Position numbers and translations under genes: made by a program. A stretch of 63,929 nucleotides of DNA, filler included, from Choristocarpus tenellus KU-1152 (taxonomy: Eukaryota; Protista; Phaeophyceae), in NCBI GenBank assembly GCA_964200185.2. It is 11 parts of 11 records of this genome, joined end to end, with 100 filler letters (N's around TTAATTAATTAA, not from the genome) between each part and the next. Parts side by side here need not be neighbours in the genome. Positions count along the whole stretch, not along the records: positions 46,350 to 52,231 come from CAXNAD020009522.1; positions 52,332 to 55,259 come from CAXNAD020023588.1; positions 55,360 to 60,279 come from CAXNAD020012534.1; positions 60,380 to 63,929 come from CAXNAD020019320.1; 7 more parts are not named here. One strand, 5' to 3'. How positions within the stretch are numbered: the stretch's first letter is position 1; every line of letters starts with the position of its first letter. Under the pieces are notes generated by a model. It did not search any database. It worked only from the letters and a program-made list of their open reading frames with translations, and was not told the DNA's origin. Below, in pieces: positions 52,201 to 63,929 of this stretch.

Positions 52201-53136
52201 AAAAAAAAAAAAGGAGGGGGGGGGGGGGGGGNNNNNNNNNNNNNNNNNNNNNNNNNNNNNNNNNNNNNNNNNNNNTTAATTAATTAANNNNNNNNNNNNN
52301 NNNNNNNNNNNNNNNNNNNNNNNNNNNNNNNTACTTAGTGTGCTGTATTTTCCTGGCGCTAATATGGTGTTCGGGTAGACATATATATATATATATATAT
52401 ATATATAGTGCCTCTAATTTACTTGTACACCCACGTACTAACTGTACTAGACTGACACAACTTGTTACTTTATTCTTATCATCTCTCCACTCTTTAGCCT
52501 GGGGGCCACCCCGACTGTTCATCGGAGGCTCTACTCATGGCACCAGTTCTCGTACTATCTACTGACTAACTGTTGAACTAGAGCCAGTCATACTACTTGC
52601 AAGTTTGGTGCAGCCCCTCCCACTGCTTGTTGCCAACAGCCCCTCCTCCCTTGGATCTGTTGCTGAACCCTGCTTCAGTGTTAGCCAACAATGGGAAAAG
52701 GCCTTTCTCTCTGATTGTCTATTCCGTGTGTTTGTGGTAGATGAAGAGATAGGATAGTACAGGAGGTGCTCAATCTGTAGTTCTTACCACGTGGACTTTG
52801 ATATTGTTGAAACCAGGTTTCCTTGAAAAGGTGACAGGCGTCCCATCCATGGGGTTTGAACCCCGCAGGATCCACGCAGGGAACCATCTCCTTGATAGTC
52901 ACTTGGGTACTAGGATGCTATGTTGACGAGAATTACACTTTTAATTTGACCGTTGTTGTCTTCTTCCCAATAATATATTTTTTAATGTTTTGCAGAGGGT
53001 ATCAACTGCTCCCACCCTGAATGTCACTGATGTTGTGTAATTTTTCATTATGCTCTTTTTTGGTGTATTTTGCCTAGTTTTAGCATGTCACGGAATGGTT
53101 AACAAAAATTCCTTCTATGGCAGGTGTTTCCAAGAG

Positions 53137-53167
<31 letters not shown>

Positions 53168-53419
53168 CCCCCCCCAAAAAAAACCCCCAACCCTCATTTT
53201 TTTGCACGGGGGGAACCACTGCTCNNNNNNNNNNCCCCCCGCCCGCTCTCCCCGTTGCCACTTCAAACATAATGCCCAAGTACCATTATTCTGGTGACGA
53301 GTTGATACCTGTCCAGTCCAGTTAGAGAGATAGAGCTTGTTCAGTTCTTTCACATCAACTATGTACCACTTCAAAGTCTCTGAAGACCAGCGACTTGCCT
53401 CTTGTTATGTTTTTCGGAG

Positions 53420-53490
53420 TATGTACCGTATGTACCGTATGTACCGTATGTACCGTATGTACCGTATGTACCGTATGTACCGTATGTACC
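53420..53490. repeat. 9-bp tandem repeat, (TATGTACCG) x about 8
   Basis: Directly visible. An 18-bp x3 repeat (GGTTCTGGTCCGGTCCAT) also lies at 54178-54237. Confidence 0.95.
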
Positions 53491-53932
53491 ATTGGTCATT
53501 ACGCCGCTCAAGAAACTACAAGCGCCACTACAGGTGTTGCAACACCACCGTCAGTCTCTCAGGACGTGAAAACTGTCAGTTAAAAAAGAGACAGTTAGAG
53601 GCGCAACCCCAACCCTCCTCGTGCTTAATAGATCCAGTTAAGAAGGGGTACAACGTGTACCTTGTCTCATCCGTAGGCACCACGGCAGCGGATGAAGAAG
53701 GGTACTGTGCCTTTTTTGTTGTTGTTGGGCTTTGGGAAATACTGTCACAGTTACACGTGTGTTTTCCGACCCCCTCTCCCACTCCCCCTCTCCTACTCCC
53801 CCTGTTCCCTACCCTACGGGCCTCGCGGGAGCCGTACCGTGATGAGGACCGTGGACTTTCCCGGACTTGCTTATCTCGGGGACACTTGCCTGATCCATCT
53901 CTTTTGTCTGTTTTTGTCTACCCATCTCTTTG

Positions 53933-53968
<36 letters not shown>

Positions 53969-53984
53969 TGTGTTTCTGGCGTAG

Positions 53985-55052
53985 GTACTGCCAAGAAGGT
54001 GGTGACCTCGATGCAAGGGACGGGAAGGAGATGACCCCTCTTCATTACGCCTGCAAGGAGGGGAACGGTGTGATTGTCAACGCGCTTATCAGCAAAAGGG
54101 TAGATATCAAGGTGAGAGGATCCTACAGCCCGCCATGGACTCATGCATTGTGTACAGATGTGTATGGTGAGTTCCTAGGTTCTGGTCCGGTCCATGGTTC
54201 TGGTCCGGTCCATGGTTCTGGTCCGGTCCATGGTTCAGGGAGCTGTCTTTTTTATCACGCGGTTCTTGGTTCTTACGTAACTTTTTTTTTTTCTTTTTTT
54301 TCTTTTTTTTGGGGGGGGGGTGTTATTATGAGTGCCTTTTTTGTTGCCGAATACACCATTTTTTGTTTTTGTTTGCGTTTGGTGCATGGGTGCTTGCTGT
54401 ATTTATATTGTAACATTTTCTTTTTCTGAGAAGTTTCAAAAAGGGAGCTTTATATATATATATATATATATTTTTTTTTCACTGACCAGTTCTCATTTGA
54501 TTATTTTGTCTTCGTCTTCACTCCACTGGCGCTGGCTTCTCTCAGGCGCATGATAAGTGGGGCAGGACCCCCCTCCATCATGCCTGCAAGGCGAGACATA
54601 TGGATGTGGTTCGAGCTCTTCTCCTGCAGGGTGTGGACCCTAAGACAGTCGACTCTGATGGCCACACCCCGCAGGACCTGGTACACCTCCGGAACAGACG
54701 TCGTCCTCGCTCTCTGACTCCTCGGTCCTCTGCAGACGCCATCGTGGCTATGCTGGAGAACCCCCCCGTACCAGCGCTTGGGCATGGTCCTGATGTGGTT
54801 CTTGCAGAACCGGGAATGGGATCGAGGATGGGGATTGGAGTTGGAGGGGTTCAACCTTTGTCTGCTTTTGGACCCAGGTCCATGGCAGGACCTAGGATGG
54901 GGGTGGGTGGGGCAGGGGCAGGGGTGGGGCAGGGAGCCGGTGCTCCCACTTCGGCTCTGGGACTGAGGCCAATGTCGCAGGTTCAGCAGCTCGCTATGTT
55001 CACGAGGGGTGGGGGTGCTACTGAGCCACAGTATCAAAATAACGACCCCGTG
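53985..55052 (+). CDS. Ankyrin-repeat protein, two internal exons (53985-54111, 54546-55052)
   Basis: DLDARDGKEMTPLHYACKEGN..IVNALI..RVDIK|AHDKWGRTPLHHACKARHMDVVRALLLQGVDP...DGHTPQDL, then a Gly/Pro-rich tail. In-phase GT-AG intron. Confidence 0.9.
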
Positions 55053-56056
55053 GTAAGATAACATCCTATGGTGATGGGGAGGGTTGGGGGGAGAGGGAGG
55101 TTCAGTGTGCTGTTTCTTGTCTGTGTGTTCATGTTGGATTTGATTCATTGTCCTACTACCACCTTCATCCCCCCCCCCCCTTGTGAAATGGGGCTCTATA
55201 CATACCATGACCCAACTCTCCCCTCTGTACAAACCCGTGTATCGCTACTCTGTGTTTGGNNNNNNNNNNNNNNNNNNNNNNNNNNNNNNNNNNNNNNNNN
55301 NNNTTAATTAATTAANNNNNNNNNNNNNNNNNNNNNNNNNNNNNNNNNNNNNNNNNNNNGGGGTCTGTTGGATTCTTGGGATGCTTCCTTAGCTCCCCCC
55401 CCTGGAGCACAGGAGTAGGCAGATTGTAAGTGTGGAAACCACTAATCAGTTGCTTCACCGTCTTCCTTATCTTCCCATGTTTTATAGTGTTCTTATGATT
55501 AGGATATTTTATTTCTTTAGGGCTAATGACGACATGTATATATATAGTTTTCATTGGTTTCCCCCCTGACCCATCTCCAAAATGTCAGAGGACATAATAA
55601 TAAAATATTATGATTGTGAATATAAAACATTATTTTATTAATGTTTTAGCGTCATCAAATTCATCAGTCATTAGTCACTAGGTGACAGAATATGAGTCAT
55701 AGTATTTATATATGTATTTAACACTAATGCATTTCTCCTCTTCATTACTGACAAGAGGTTCACAGGTTTTGACACTTTCAAAAACGGATGATTCGTCACT
55801 TCCCATTCCATAATACAAGAGTGCGTGGCCCAAGACGACTTGTCCTTGCAAGGAGTTACCTTAGGCACACTCTCGCCAGGTTTCTTCCCCTGTAGAGATC
55901 AGTCGTAGGTGGTGGTGGGTAACCTCTTCTGTTTCTGGGGTTCCGTCTCACTTTCACAACATCAAAATCTCCTGCAGGTGCCGACCAGGTGGCTTTCTAA
56001 CCTCAATCAACTCAATTCAGACCCTTTTGCGGAAGGAAGGCAATATCAACCCAACA

Positions 56057-59000
56057 ATGTGTTTCCTCCATTCTTCGATCCTCGGGACTCTCCTGTTGAA
56101 TTTGTTTACGGTCAACAGCTTCCGCACCTCTAGCCTCCATGCTATCTCAGGTACAATTTTCTGATTTGATAGTATTTAATCTCGAGACCCAGCGAGCTAT
56201 GCATGGACTCCTTCGTTGAAAGGTTGAAAAGTATGGCAATAAGGTGGCGGTGATTATATCGATGATTGCTCCTACCTATTTTTTCATTTTGCACATGGTC
56301 AGACTTTGAGAAATTATGGTGGATGTGCTGAGATCTGTGTTCACTGCGGCACGTTTTCGATTTCCTCCCATATATTATCATTCCTCAAGGCTTACTTTTC
56401 CCAATCAAGTGCTCCCTCGGCCACATCATGCCTGTATTGTCTAAGGAGGGTTCGAAATGAGATGGCTTAATCTCTTGTCAACACGTTCTCACGAAGTTGT
56501 TGTTGCCTTGTTTCCTCTGGAATTTCTAGCCCGTGAAAGAGTTTCCTCATATCCTACTAGTACCAGTGTGGCCTCGATGAGCAGTGGGGAGCAGTCGGGC
56601 CGTGCACATTTCATCCAGGTGAATAATGGTGTAATACAATGGTAGTTGGCATGTACCCACCGTTGTTGAGGATGCCCAAGTCGGTGCCACCCTACTACCG
56701 TGGTTACTGACTTCATGACCCTGAACCCCCTATCAAGACTCTAACATCTTTTTTCCCATTGCACTGCGTTTTGGCCTCTCGCCTTTCCACGATCTTCAAT
56801 CATCCTTCATCAGTCCAGCCTGACGGCTTTTCTCGGCTTGACCCTGGGATCGGTTGGAGCACCTCCTGCCTGGGCAGATCTCGACACCGACATCGAAGAT
56901 GGTGTCTCATTGCTGGATGCGATGCGAATGATGGACATGGATGCCCCGCCTGGCGAAGACGTGCTAACTGCCTCAGATGACACGCTTCCCAACAGGACGC
57001 CATTCGAAATGCAGTATGAACTCTTCAAGAGGGGAATGGAGCTTGAGGCTGAAAGGTAGAAGAAAGGAATACTACAAACAAGAGATGATCCTGACCTGTT
57101 CTCGATTGTTGAATATCGCTGCTCCCCACTGCAGGTCATTCGAAATGTCGGGAGAGCTCTTCGATATGATATCGAACTTAATGCTAGTTGTAGAAGGCGA
57201 TGACTACTCACAAGAGACCGCTTTGATCTATCCGCAAGGGTTGAGGCAACACCTCACAAGGCAACCTTCCACATGCTTGTCCCTAAATATCCTCCCCACC
57301 ACGCTGTCCAAACTGCCACCCTATTGTCTTGAATGTTCTTCCTGCTCAAAGTCACCGAGAGGTAGGGAATACTCATGACTTAATGTTGGCCTTGTGTTTT
57401 TGTGAGTCGTCAATCACACACCCGTCCCATCATCTAGCTACTTTCATTTTAATCCATCACATCCTCGAAACTGTGTATATACTCACTAAAACCTTAGCAA
57501 GTATGAGGCAGCAGAACGACAGTGGACTGAGGTGATCGACAACTTCAACTCCCCCAACTTCCGGACAGATAAAAGCAACAAGTACATCCTAGCCAGGGCA
57601 TACTCCAACCGTGGCAACACACGCCTAACACTGCAGGCAAGAGGATTGTTTGGCCAGTGCGATTATCTTGCCTCTGACTTACAACTTCCTGGTCAATTTG
57701 TTTGAGACTAGTATGTATGTCTACACACGTATTAAGACTTGCGTTCAGATAGTAGGTGCCCTTCCCCCTAAGTTTTTATATAAGTATAGTCAACAGAAAC
57801 TGCTTGATATTTGGATGTTGGATAACTGACTGCTCTTTGCTCTTTGCCCCAAGCTAACGCATGCCACTTCCCTTGTGTATTACCCTGCTACTCTGTTGAA
57901 ACGAATCGCAGAGGACTACGGAGGCAATCCTGGACTACAGCGCGTCAATAGAACTTGTCCCAGAACGTGGGGAGTTCTGGCTGAACAGGGGCGTGGCATA
58001 TGAGGTGACGAGTTCAGGGATGTGCAGATTGAATATGAGAAAAGTGGATGATGGAAGGGGGTGGAGAACCTGGTGTGAGGAGTTGATTGTGACGGCTGTC
58101 ATGTGTTGCTTGTGATAGTCGAGTCAATGGCATGCAATCGACTTTGTTGAGCTTTGATTCGAGCAGCAAATCTATAGGCAATCAATACAGTCCTGAGGAC
58201 TACATTGCTGGGAGGATGCTCAATGGATATATTGGCGGGTTGTTTGAGGATGTCAAAATTGACTGGGAAATGGAAGCAGAGACATCTGAGGTCCTTGTGC
58301 TCGAGTAATTTGGAGGGCCGTAACAGGAAGAAAGTAAAGGTTTACATCTGTCCTTCAGTTGCCGTCTCTACCTTTCCCCTGATAGCCTACTCTTGTGAAA
58401 CTCTGCTGATTGCATGTCAGGATATGGCGGACCGTAACGTACTGTCTACAAATAACAAGGAGACTGTTCGCAGCTTTTATGAGTCGGCACTGGCCGACTA
58501 TGACCATGCGGTGGTACTGGATCCACAGGTGTGCATCATGCCATGTGTCCTCTCAGCTCCCATGTCGGATTCTTATGCGGCCTTCCCTCTTTGTTTCTGT
58601 GTTATGGAAAGTTGGAATTGTAGTTACATGGACTCCGCTATGTTGTACCCTGATTGCAGTATCTGTTCTTCTAGTGGCCTTCATCTCTTAACTTAGCCTT
58701 AGACATGTCCTTGCTCCATCCACTGCCGTACCTTCAAGTCTTCGAAGCTCTGTTTTTTGTTGAACAACTGTTGCCTTTTGTTCCTATCCTCTCGTGATCA
58801 GTTTGCAATTTGATGCCCAGTATCCCTATATTGCACCCCTTCTTAATTGCACTCCCACTTTAGGACCCCCAGGTGTATATTAGCCGAGGTGATGCCAACA
58901 GTCTCCTGGGACAGGAGAGGAAAGCTCTTGACAACTACCGTCGTGCTGTTAGTCTTAGTCCCACAACTCCTGAGGTAAGCCCACTCCTCACCCTCTTCCC

Positions 59001-60279
59001 CACCCTCCCCCTCATCCTGAGTATCTCATGTAATATAAGCTCTGTGGGGCACCCCCACTCTGTGTTGATGAGACAACATTTGCTCAAGAATGGTCCTCTA
59101 CATTGTTGTGGATCTTGTTATAGTATGGGAGGTTGATGTCACCAAGTTCTGAATATACTCTCTTTTTTTTTTTGGAGGGGTGCAATAAAAAGGAGGATAG
59201 AGGAGTCCTAGGAACATGCTTGGGGAATGAGAAAAGGTAGATTTTGCATGTGCTTTTAGGTGTTGTGAGATATTTTGAAGAGTGCAAGTATGTAATTTCT
59301 GTGGTCCTAGAAATGGTAACAATGTTTGGATTTTCTGTAGAGGCAAATGATTGTCCTTTCCAGTCCTTTCTACCCTGCCCCCAGTTCTTTCCTACGATTA
59401 CTTTTTTTCAATCCTGAACCAGTCACCCCTTTTGTCAGTACCGCTCAAAGGTTGCGTTGGCAGAGATCCAGTGTGGAAACCTGGAAAAGGGTGCCTACCT
59501 TATAGGGGAGCTGCTTAAACGATACCCAGAATACCCTGACGTGCTCCTGGCGGGTGCTGCGGTGAGTGTCAGGGGAACAGCTATAATAGTGTGAAAATGA
59601 GAGCATCTCTCATCACAAGCTTCAAAAGTAGACACATAGTACTTGAATTCACTTCAAATAATAATAAGAAAAAAATTATGCCTTGGCTGAGGAAGTCACC
59701 ACCTAGCAATGTTCTATCGCAGGAGCCTTCTTTGGTTTGAACAAAGCCGTCATTGAAAAGCACAAGTCTTTCAAATGAAGATCATCTTGAATTAGCCCCT
59801 CCATGTCACACGCAAAGGGAGCACAGTTCTTTACGTGATAAAGACCACCTACCTACATATCTCACCTTTTTGTATGTCTACAGCAATTCAAACTATTTCA
59901 CTGTGGCACTGTGGCAGGTTGCATTTGAGGCAGGTGAGATTGATATCTCGCGGGATATGTACAATGAAGCGGTGAATCTTGACCCTCGACTGATGGATGA
60001 TGCTTTTATCTGGCTCATCTTGCGCTGGCCCACTCAGCCACTGGTGAGAGCTTATGTCTTTTTCAGCGCATAGCTAAATGCTGGTCAAGTAACTTTCATT
60101 CTCTCATTACAAAGCCCACTTTTTCCATGCTTACGTTGATATTTGAATGTTTAGTTGATGTGTGTGAGCAGTAACCTTTGCCTAAGAGAGTGCCATGACA
60201 GCGCCTTTTCTCACTGACCATATGGGGATTGCATTCACCCCTCATTTTATTGTGGTGTGCAGGCCATGGTGGATACCAT
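56057..60279 (+). CDS. Plastid (probably thylakoid-lumen) TPR-repeat protein of cyanobacterial type, nearly complete
   Basis: Exons 56057-56150, 56530-56618, 56814-57055, 57498-57636, 57912-58004, 58421-58528, 58864-58974, 59439-59561, 59918-60043 and 60263-60279+, all in phase. TPR motifs AYSNRGNTR, WLNRGVAYE, ALADYDHAV, YISRGDAN; C-terminal RYPEYPD and LRWP. Confidence 0.9.
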
Positions 60280-60379
60280 NNNNNNNNNNNNNNNNNNNNN
60301 NNNNNNNNNNNNNNNNNNNNNNNTTAATTAATTAANNNNNNNNNNNNNNNNNNNNNNNNNNNNNNNNNNNNNNNNNNNN

Positions 60380-61476
60380 AACCAAAGATCAAGTACAGCT
60401 CCGGCCTCCACCAATACCATCACATTACTAGACCAGCCACTCCCCGCTGCATGGTGGAGGGCAGTGTATCCCCTCTCATCTGAGCAGTTCACATCACAGC
60501 CCGCCCCTAGTAAGAGTTTGACCACTTTGGTGCATTTCTGGGCTGCTGCCATGATAAGAAGAGGGTCAATACGTTTCATGATTTTGGGGGTGGTCTTGAT
60601 ATCCATCTTTCCATCTCTCCAACACTTTCCATTGCCGCCCTTGACCTCAGCCAGGGGGGGGCGTAAACCCCACTCCAGGAGAGCACATACAGAGGCACTT
60701 TTCCCCTGTTTAACAGCGAGCTGAAGGGCTGTCAATCCAGTCTGAGCTCTCTTGGAGGCATCAGCCCCAGCATCAAGCAATGCAGTCACAGCTCTGACAT
60801 TCTCATACTTACAGGCCAGATGGAGTGGCGTCCAGCGCTCTTCCCACCTTCTAGCATTCAGTGGCGCTCCAGCCTTGATAAGGGTAGGCACCAGGAGGTC
60901 TTCCTTGTCCCACGATACAGATAGGTGAAGAGGAGTGTTGCCAAATCTGTCCCTGGTCTCCACATGTGCACCCTTTGTTATCAGTTTAATCGCTGCCTCA
61001 ACTCTCTTGGAAGCGCAGGCGAGGTTGAGAGGAGTTCTCCCAAGTTCGTCCTTGGCGTTGATGGGTCTGCGACCACATGAGTGCTGGAGGAGCAAGTCCA
61101 GGACATCAATGCCCAAATCTCTCGGGACTTCATCTATATAATGTAGCACATTGGTCCTTCCGAGTCTGGCGTCCTCTGCGTACTGTGCCGAATATTCGTC
61201 AATGGTACGATGATGCATAGTGCCGACGTCGGCTTCGCACCCCAGTAGAATCTCAATCGTTTTGAGTGCCTTAACGTGGTCGACTTCATCGTGAGTGGCG
61301 ATGTACTTAACTGCCAACAGGAGAGGAGTCGTCCCATCCCAGGTGCTCCGGTTTGGGTCTGCTCCCCATTTCAGCAACATCAGGACATTGTCGGAAAGAC
61401 AGTTGGATGAAGCAGCGTGCAATGGCGTCCAGCCATTCGAGGCTACTTCATTCACGTTCGCTCCCGCCATCAGAAG
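60380..61476 (-). CDS. Ankyrin-repeat protein, single long exon (>365 codons), truncated by the gap
   Basis: Repeats GWTPLHAAS, GTTPLLLAV, GRTPLNLAC, GNTPLHLSV, RWTPLHLAC, GLTALQLAV, GYTALHHAA. The acceptor ctaactgcag precedes LLMAGANVN. Confidence 0.93.
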
Positions 61477-62398
61477 CTGCAGTTAGGACGGGGTCGTGAA
61501 GGTAGGCAAAGGTGAAGGACTAGAGAGGAGGACTAGAGAGGAGGACTAGATGAGGAGAAAATCGAACTGTGGGGCGATTCGGGAAGTACTAGGAAACGAA
61601 AATTAGTGCGGAAAACGAAAAAACACAAAGACACTCCACTCACCCCACAAATAAGTTCCGCATTATTACTCTCTTGACAGGAACTAAAGAGAGAAGGTAT
61701 TCGACGTTGCGGAGATTTCCTGTCTGGGGGAATGGGAATAATCACAGAACAAATCGTGTTGAACCAGTATGGGAATAGATGCCATCGTCAATGGAGGTTA
61801 CCCACCAGGATATGAGCCCTTCATCCTGCTTAGATGACACTATACCACCCCTCCAGGACTTGTACTCTGCGCCGTGCCACAATACATCTCTATTCTTTGA
61901 ACAATTTGTCAGCCACACAAATGAATCTCATACCTAGTCTACAAATGTGTATCGAGTCAAAATAGGTACCCACCTGAAGGAAACATGTATGCATAGGACC
62001 ATGGTACACGGTCCATTGTAACGAGAGAGGAATTGTGTTGAGGAGACGGGTTGTTCTTCTATTCTTGTATGTTGTGGAGTTGTGATGAGGTAGCCACCAC
62101 CAAGAAAACGTCAGAAGATATGAGGTAGACTTAAGAACCCCCCCAAAAAAGTACACAACACTATTTTTCTACTACTATTACTATTACTATATTATTTTAT
62201 TATGGTATCTGACATTTTACAGGTTTCAGCGAAAAGGCATTCAATATATTCAATATCGTAAAAGAGTACAATAAAATTTTCTGTGAGTTTTTTGTGGTTA
62301 CAACTTATCAAAGAGAACGATTCCTTTACACCAACATCCTACCTTTCCTTCCTTTCACCACTTCAAACTATAACTAGAGATCTACTCCTTTCAAGTAT

Positions 62399-63075
62399 GA
62401 AGCAGACGGAAACAGGGCGAGAGGGTCTTCAGACTAAAAGGGAGCGGGAAGACCTACAGGTGGAAAGGAGGAAAGGAGAGAGACAAGGTTTCTAGAGTAA
62501 CTTCGTCAAAAGAAAGAGGATCCTGGTCATGGAAAACTGGTAGCAGATGTTCGTCTGGTTCGTTCTCTTTAGATTTTCCGCCATGAGACTCTGAAAACGA
62601 TTCTCTGTTTTGTGAAACGTGTTGTGTCTTCTCCTTGATCGAATTATATGCCAGTCAGAGTGATGTGGCATATGTATATAGGGTAAGTATGGTGCTCAAA
62701 GTACGGTAGAGTACTAAGATTTTCCAGTACTGTTAAAGTACTCTCCCACTTCAGCATTGATTGCAGTCGTCGCCATTGTGAAACAAATGGAACAGGTCGA
62801 CAAGTTCTTCAGACTGAAGGGGACCAGGAAGATCCACAGGAGGCAAGAAACTGGAGAGAGACAAGGCAAGAGGGAGAGCAATCCCTCAGAAGATCATTCA
62901 GGAAAGAGTGAACAAGCAAAATGTGAATGAGGGGGGTTTGTAAGGTCTCCTCAAAGCACCCGTTATTTACTTCAAGCAGATGTTAACTTGCAAAGCAGAT
63001 GTCATATGAGCAACAGACCTTGAAGGTAGGTCACCTTAAGGTATACCTTAGTTGGAAGACGACTCTCACATATAT
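62399..63075 (+). mobile_element. Probable LTR-retroelement 3' region with PPT and LTR start
   Basis: Purine-rich subrepeat at 62399-62490 and 62780-62870. GAGGGGGG is followed by TGTAAGG at 62939. Homologous to the reverse complement of 8245-8556. Confidence 0.55.
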
Positions 63076-63851
63076 CAACAAAAAATTCGAATATCGAACT
63101 TCTGAACTGTCATTTCTTGTTTACAGGCCTCAATCTGTCCACTCTCCGACCAGCTCTGGAAGATCGTCCAGTTCAATGGCTGTACATTGACTCCACATCG
63201 GAAATGAAGACCACCCAACTACCTCGGCAATGCAAATATACCCTCACCTGGTCACATTGTCTAACCGCAACTTCAACCTGATATCCTACTTGAAACTTTA
63301 CATCCTTCTCGGATTCAAAACCGAAACACTGAGCTCTTAACTCCAACCCTAAAGTCTTTCATAATGGGGAAGTTTATGAAGTAATCTGAGTTTTGTGGGT
63401 GTGAGAATTTGTAGAGGCAAATACGTATGGCAACGTGAAGTATTGGGAGTGGTAAAAATAAAGAATTGGAGGGTAGACGAAAAGTTAAGGACTGGGTGGC
63501 TGAGAGGCAGAAGAAGTAGGAGAGAAGCTTACAGAAATGAGTAGTAGGTGGAAGCATGAGGTGGAGTAAGAAGGAATGGGGTAGAACTGAAGGTAAAGCC
63601 TAGGGTGGTGATGCAGGACAAGCAGGGGCAAGATCAAGGAAACCTCTAACAATACTTCAAACAAGGGATGGCAGAACAAAGGGGTAAGGAGACCTCAAAC
63701 TATCCCTTGATGTGGAAAGGCTTCATGGGAAGAACAGAGAGAACATGATGATTCAAGTCTGGAGGAGAACCAATGTCAGGAGATACTTTGTACGGGTGGG
63801 GTACATTCCTCTTTTTCTCCAACGAAGGGACGCCTCTTCAGTACGAGAAGA

Positions 63852-63929
63852 GACCCAAAGTATCTGGGAGGGGGGGGGGGGCCTACACCAAGGGTTCCAT
63901 TGGGACCAAAACGGGAAAAGCACACTTCT
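63852..63929. mobile_element. TIR element family A, running off the window end
   Basis: gacc-caaagtatctggga(G)n cctacaccaagggttccattggg. Confidence 0.85.

Noticed and set aside
53337-53984. 215-aa ORF with MYR repeats
   Set aside because: It is the translation of a 9-bp minisatellite and CT/GT microsatellites, most likely intronic to the ankyrin gene.

Overview
Eukaryotic draft-genome DNA: 11 contigs joined by artificial 100-bp linkers (44 N + TTAATTAATTAA + 44 N), so adjacency across linkers is not biological. The source is inferred to be an intron-rich photosynthetic stramenopile (brown alga or relative), from a TPR gene with a signal peptide + Phe-motif transit peptide + thylakoid signal. 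Hand-spliced host genes: a SHAQKYF-class MYB, the first two exons of a probable CENH3, a multi-C2-domain protein, a probable SDP1/TGL-type lipase N-terminus, a plastid TPR protein, two ankyrin-repeat genes and one unknown multi-exon gene. Mobile DNA: a 3.8-kb non-autonomous Copia element with a 5-bp TSD and one collapsed LTR, another dispersed LTR-like repeat, and about 15 copies of short TIR elements. These fall into four families that share GRNYCAAAG(T/C)ATC termini and have 3-4 bp TSDs (Sola2-like, by inference). The best candidate for something undescribed is a ~700-bp array of palindromes and iterated motifs (12940-13640). It sits just upstream of an orphan ORF with a motif resembling a tyrosine-recombinase core-binding helix; that functional link is speculative. 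All calls were made by eye, with no database searches.
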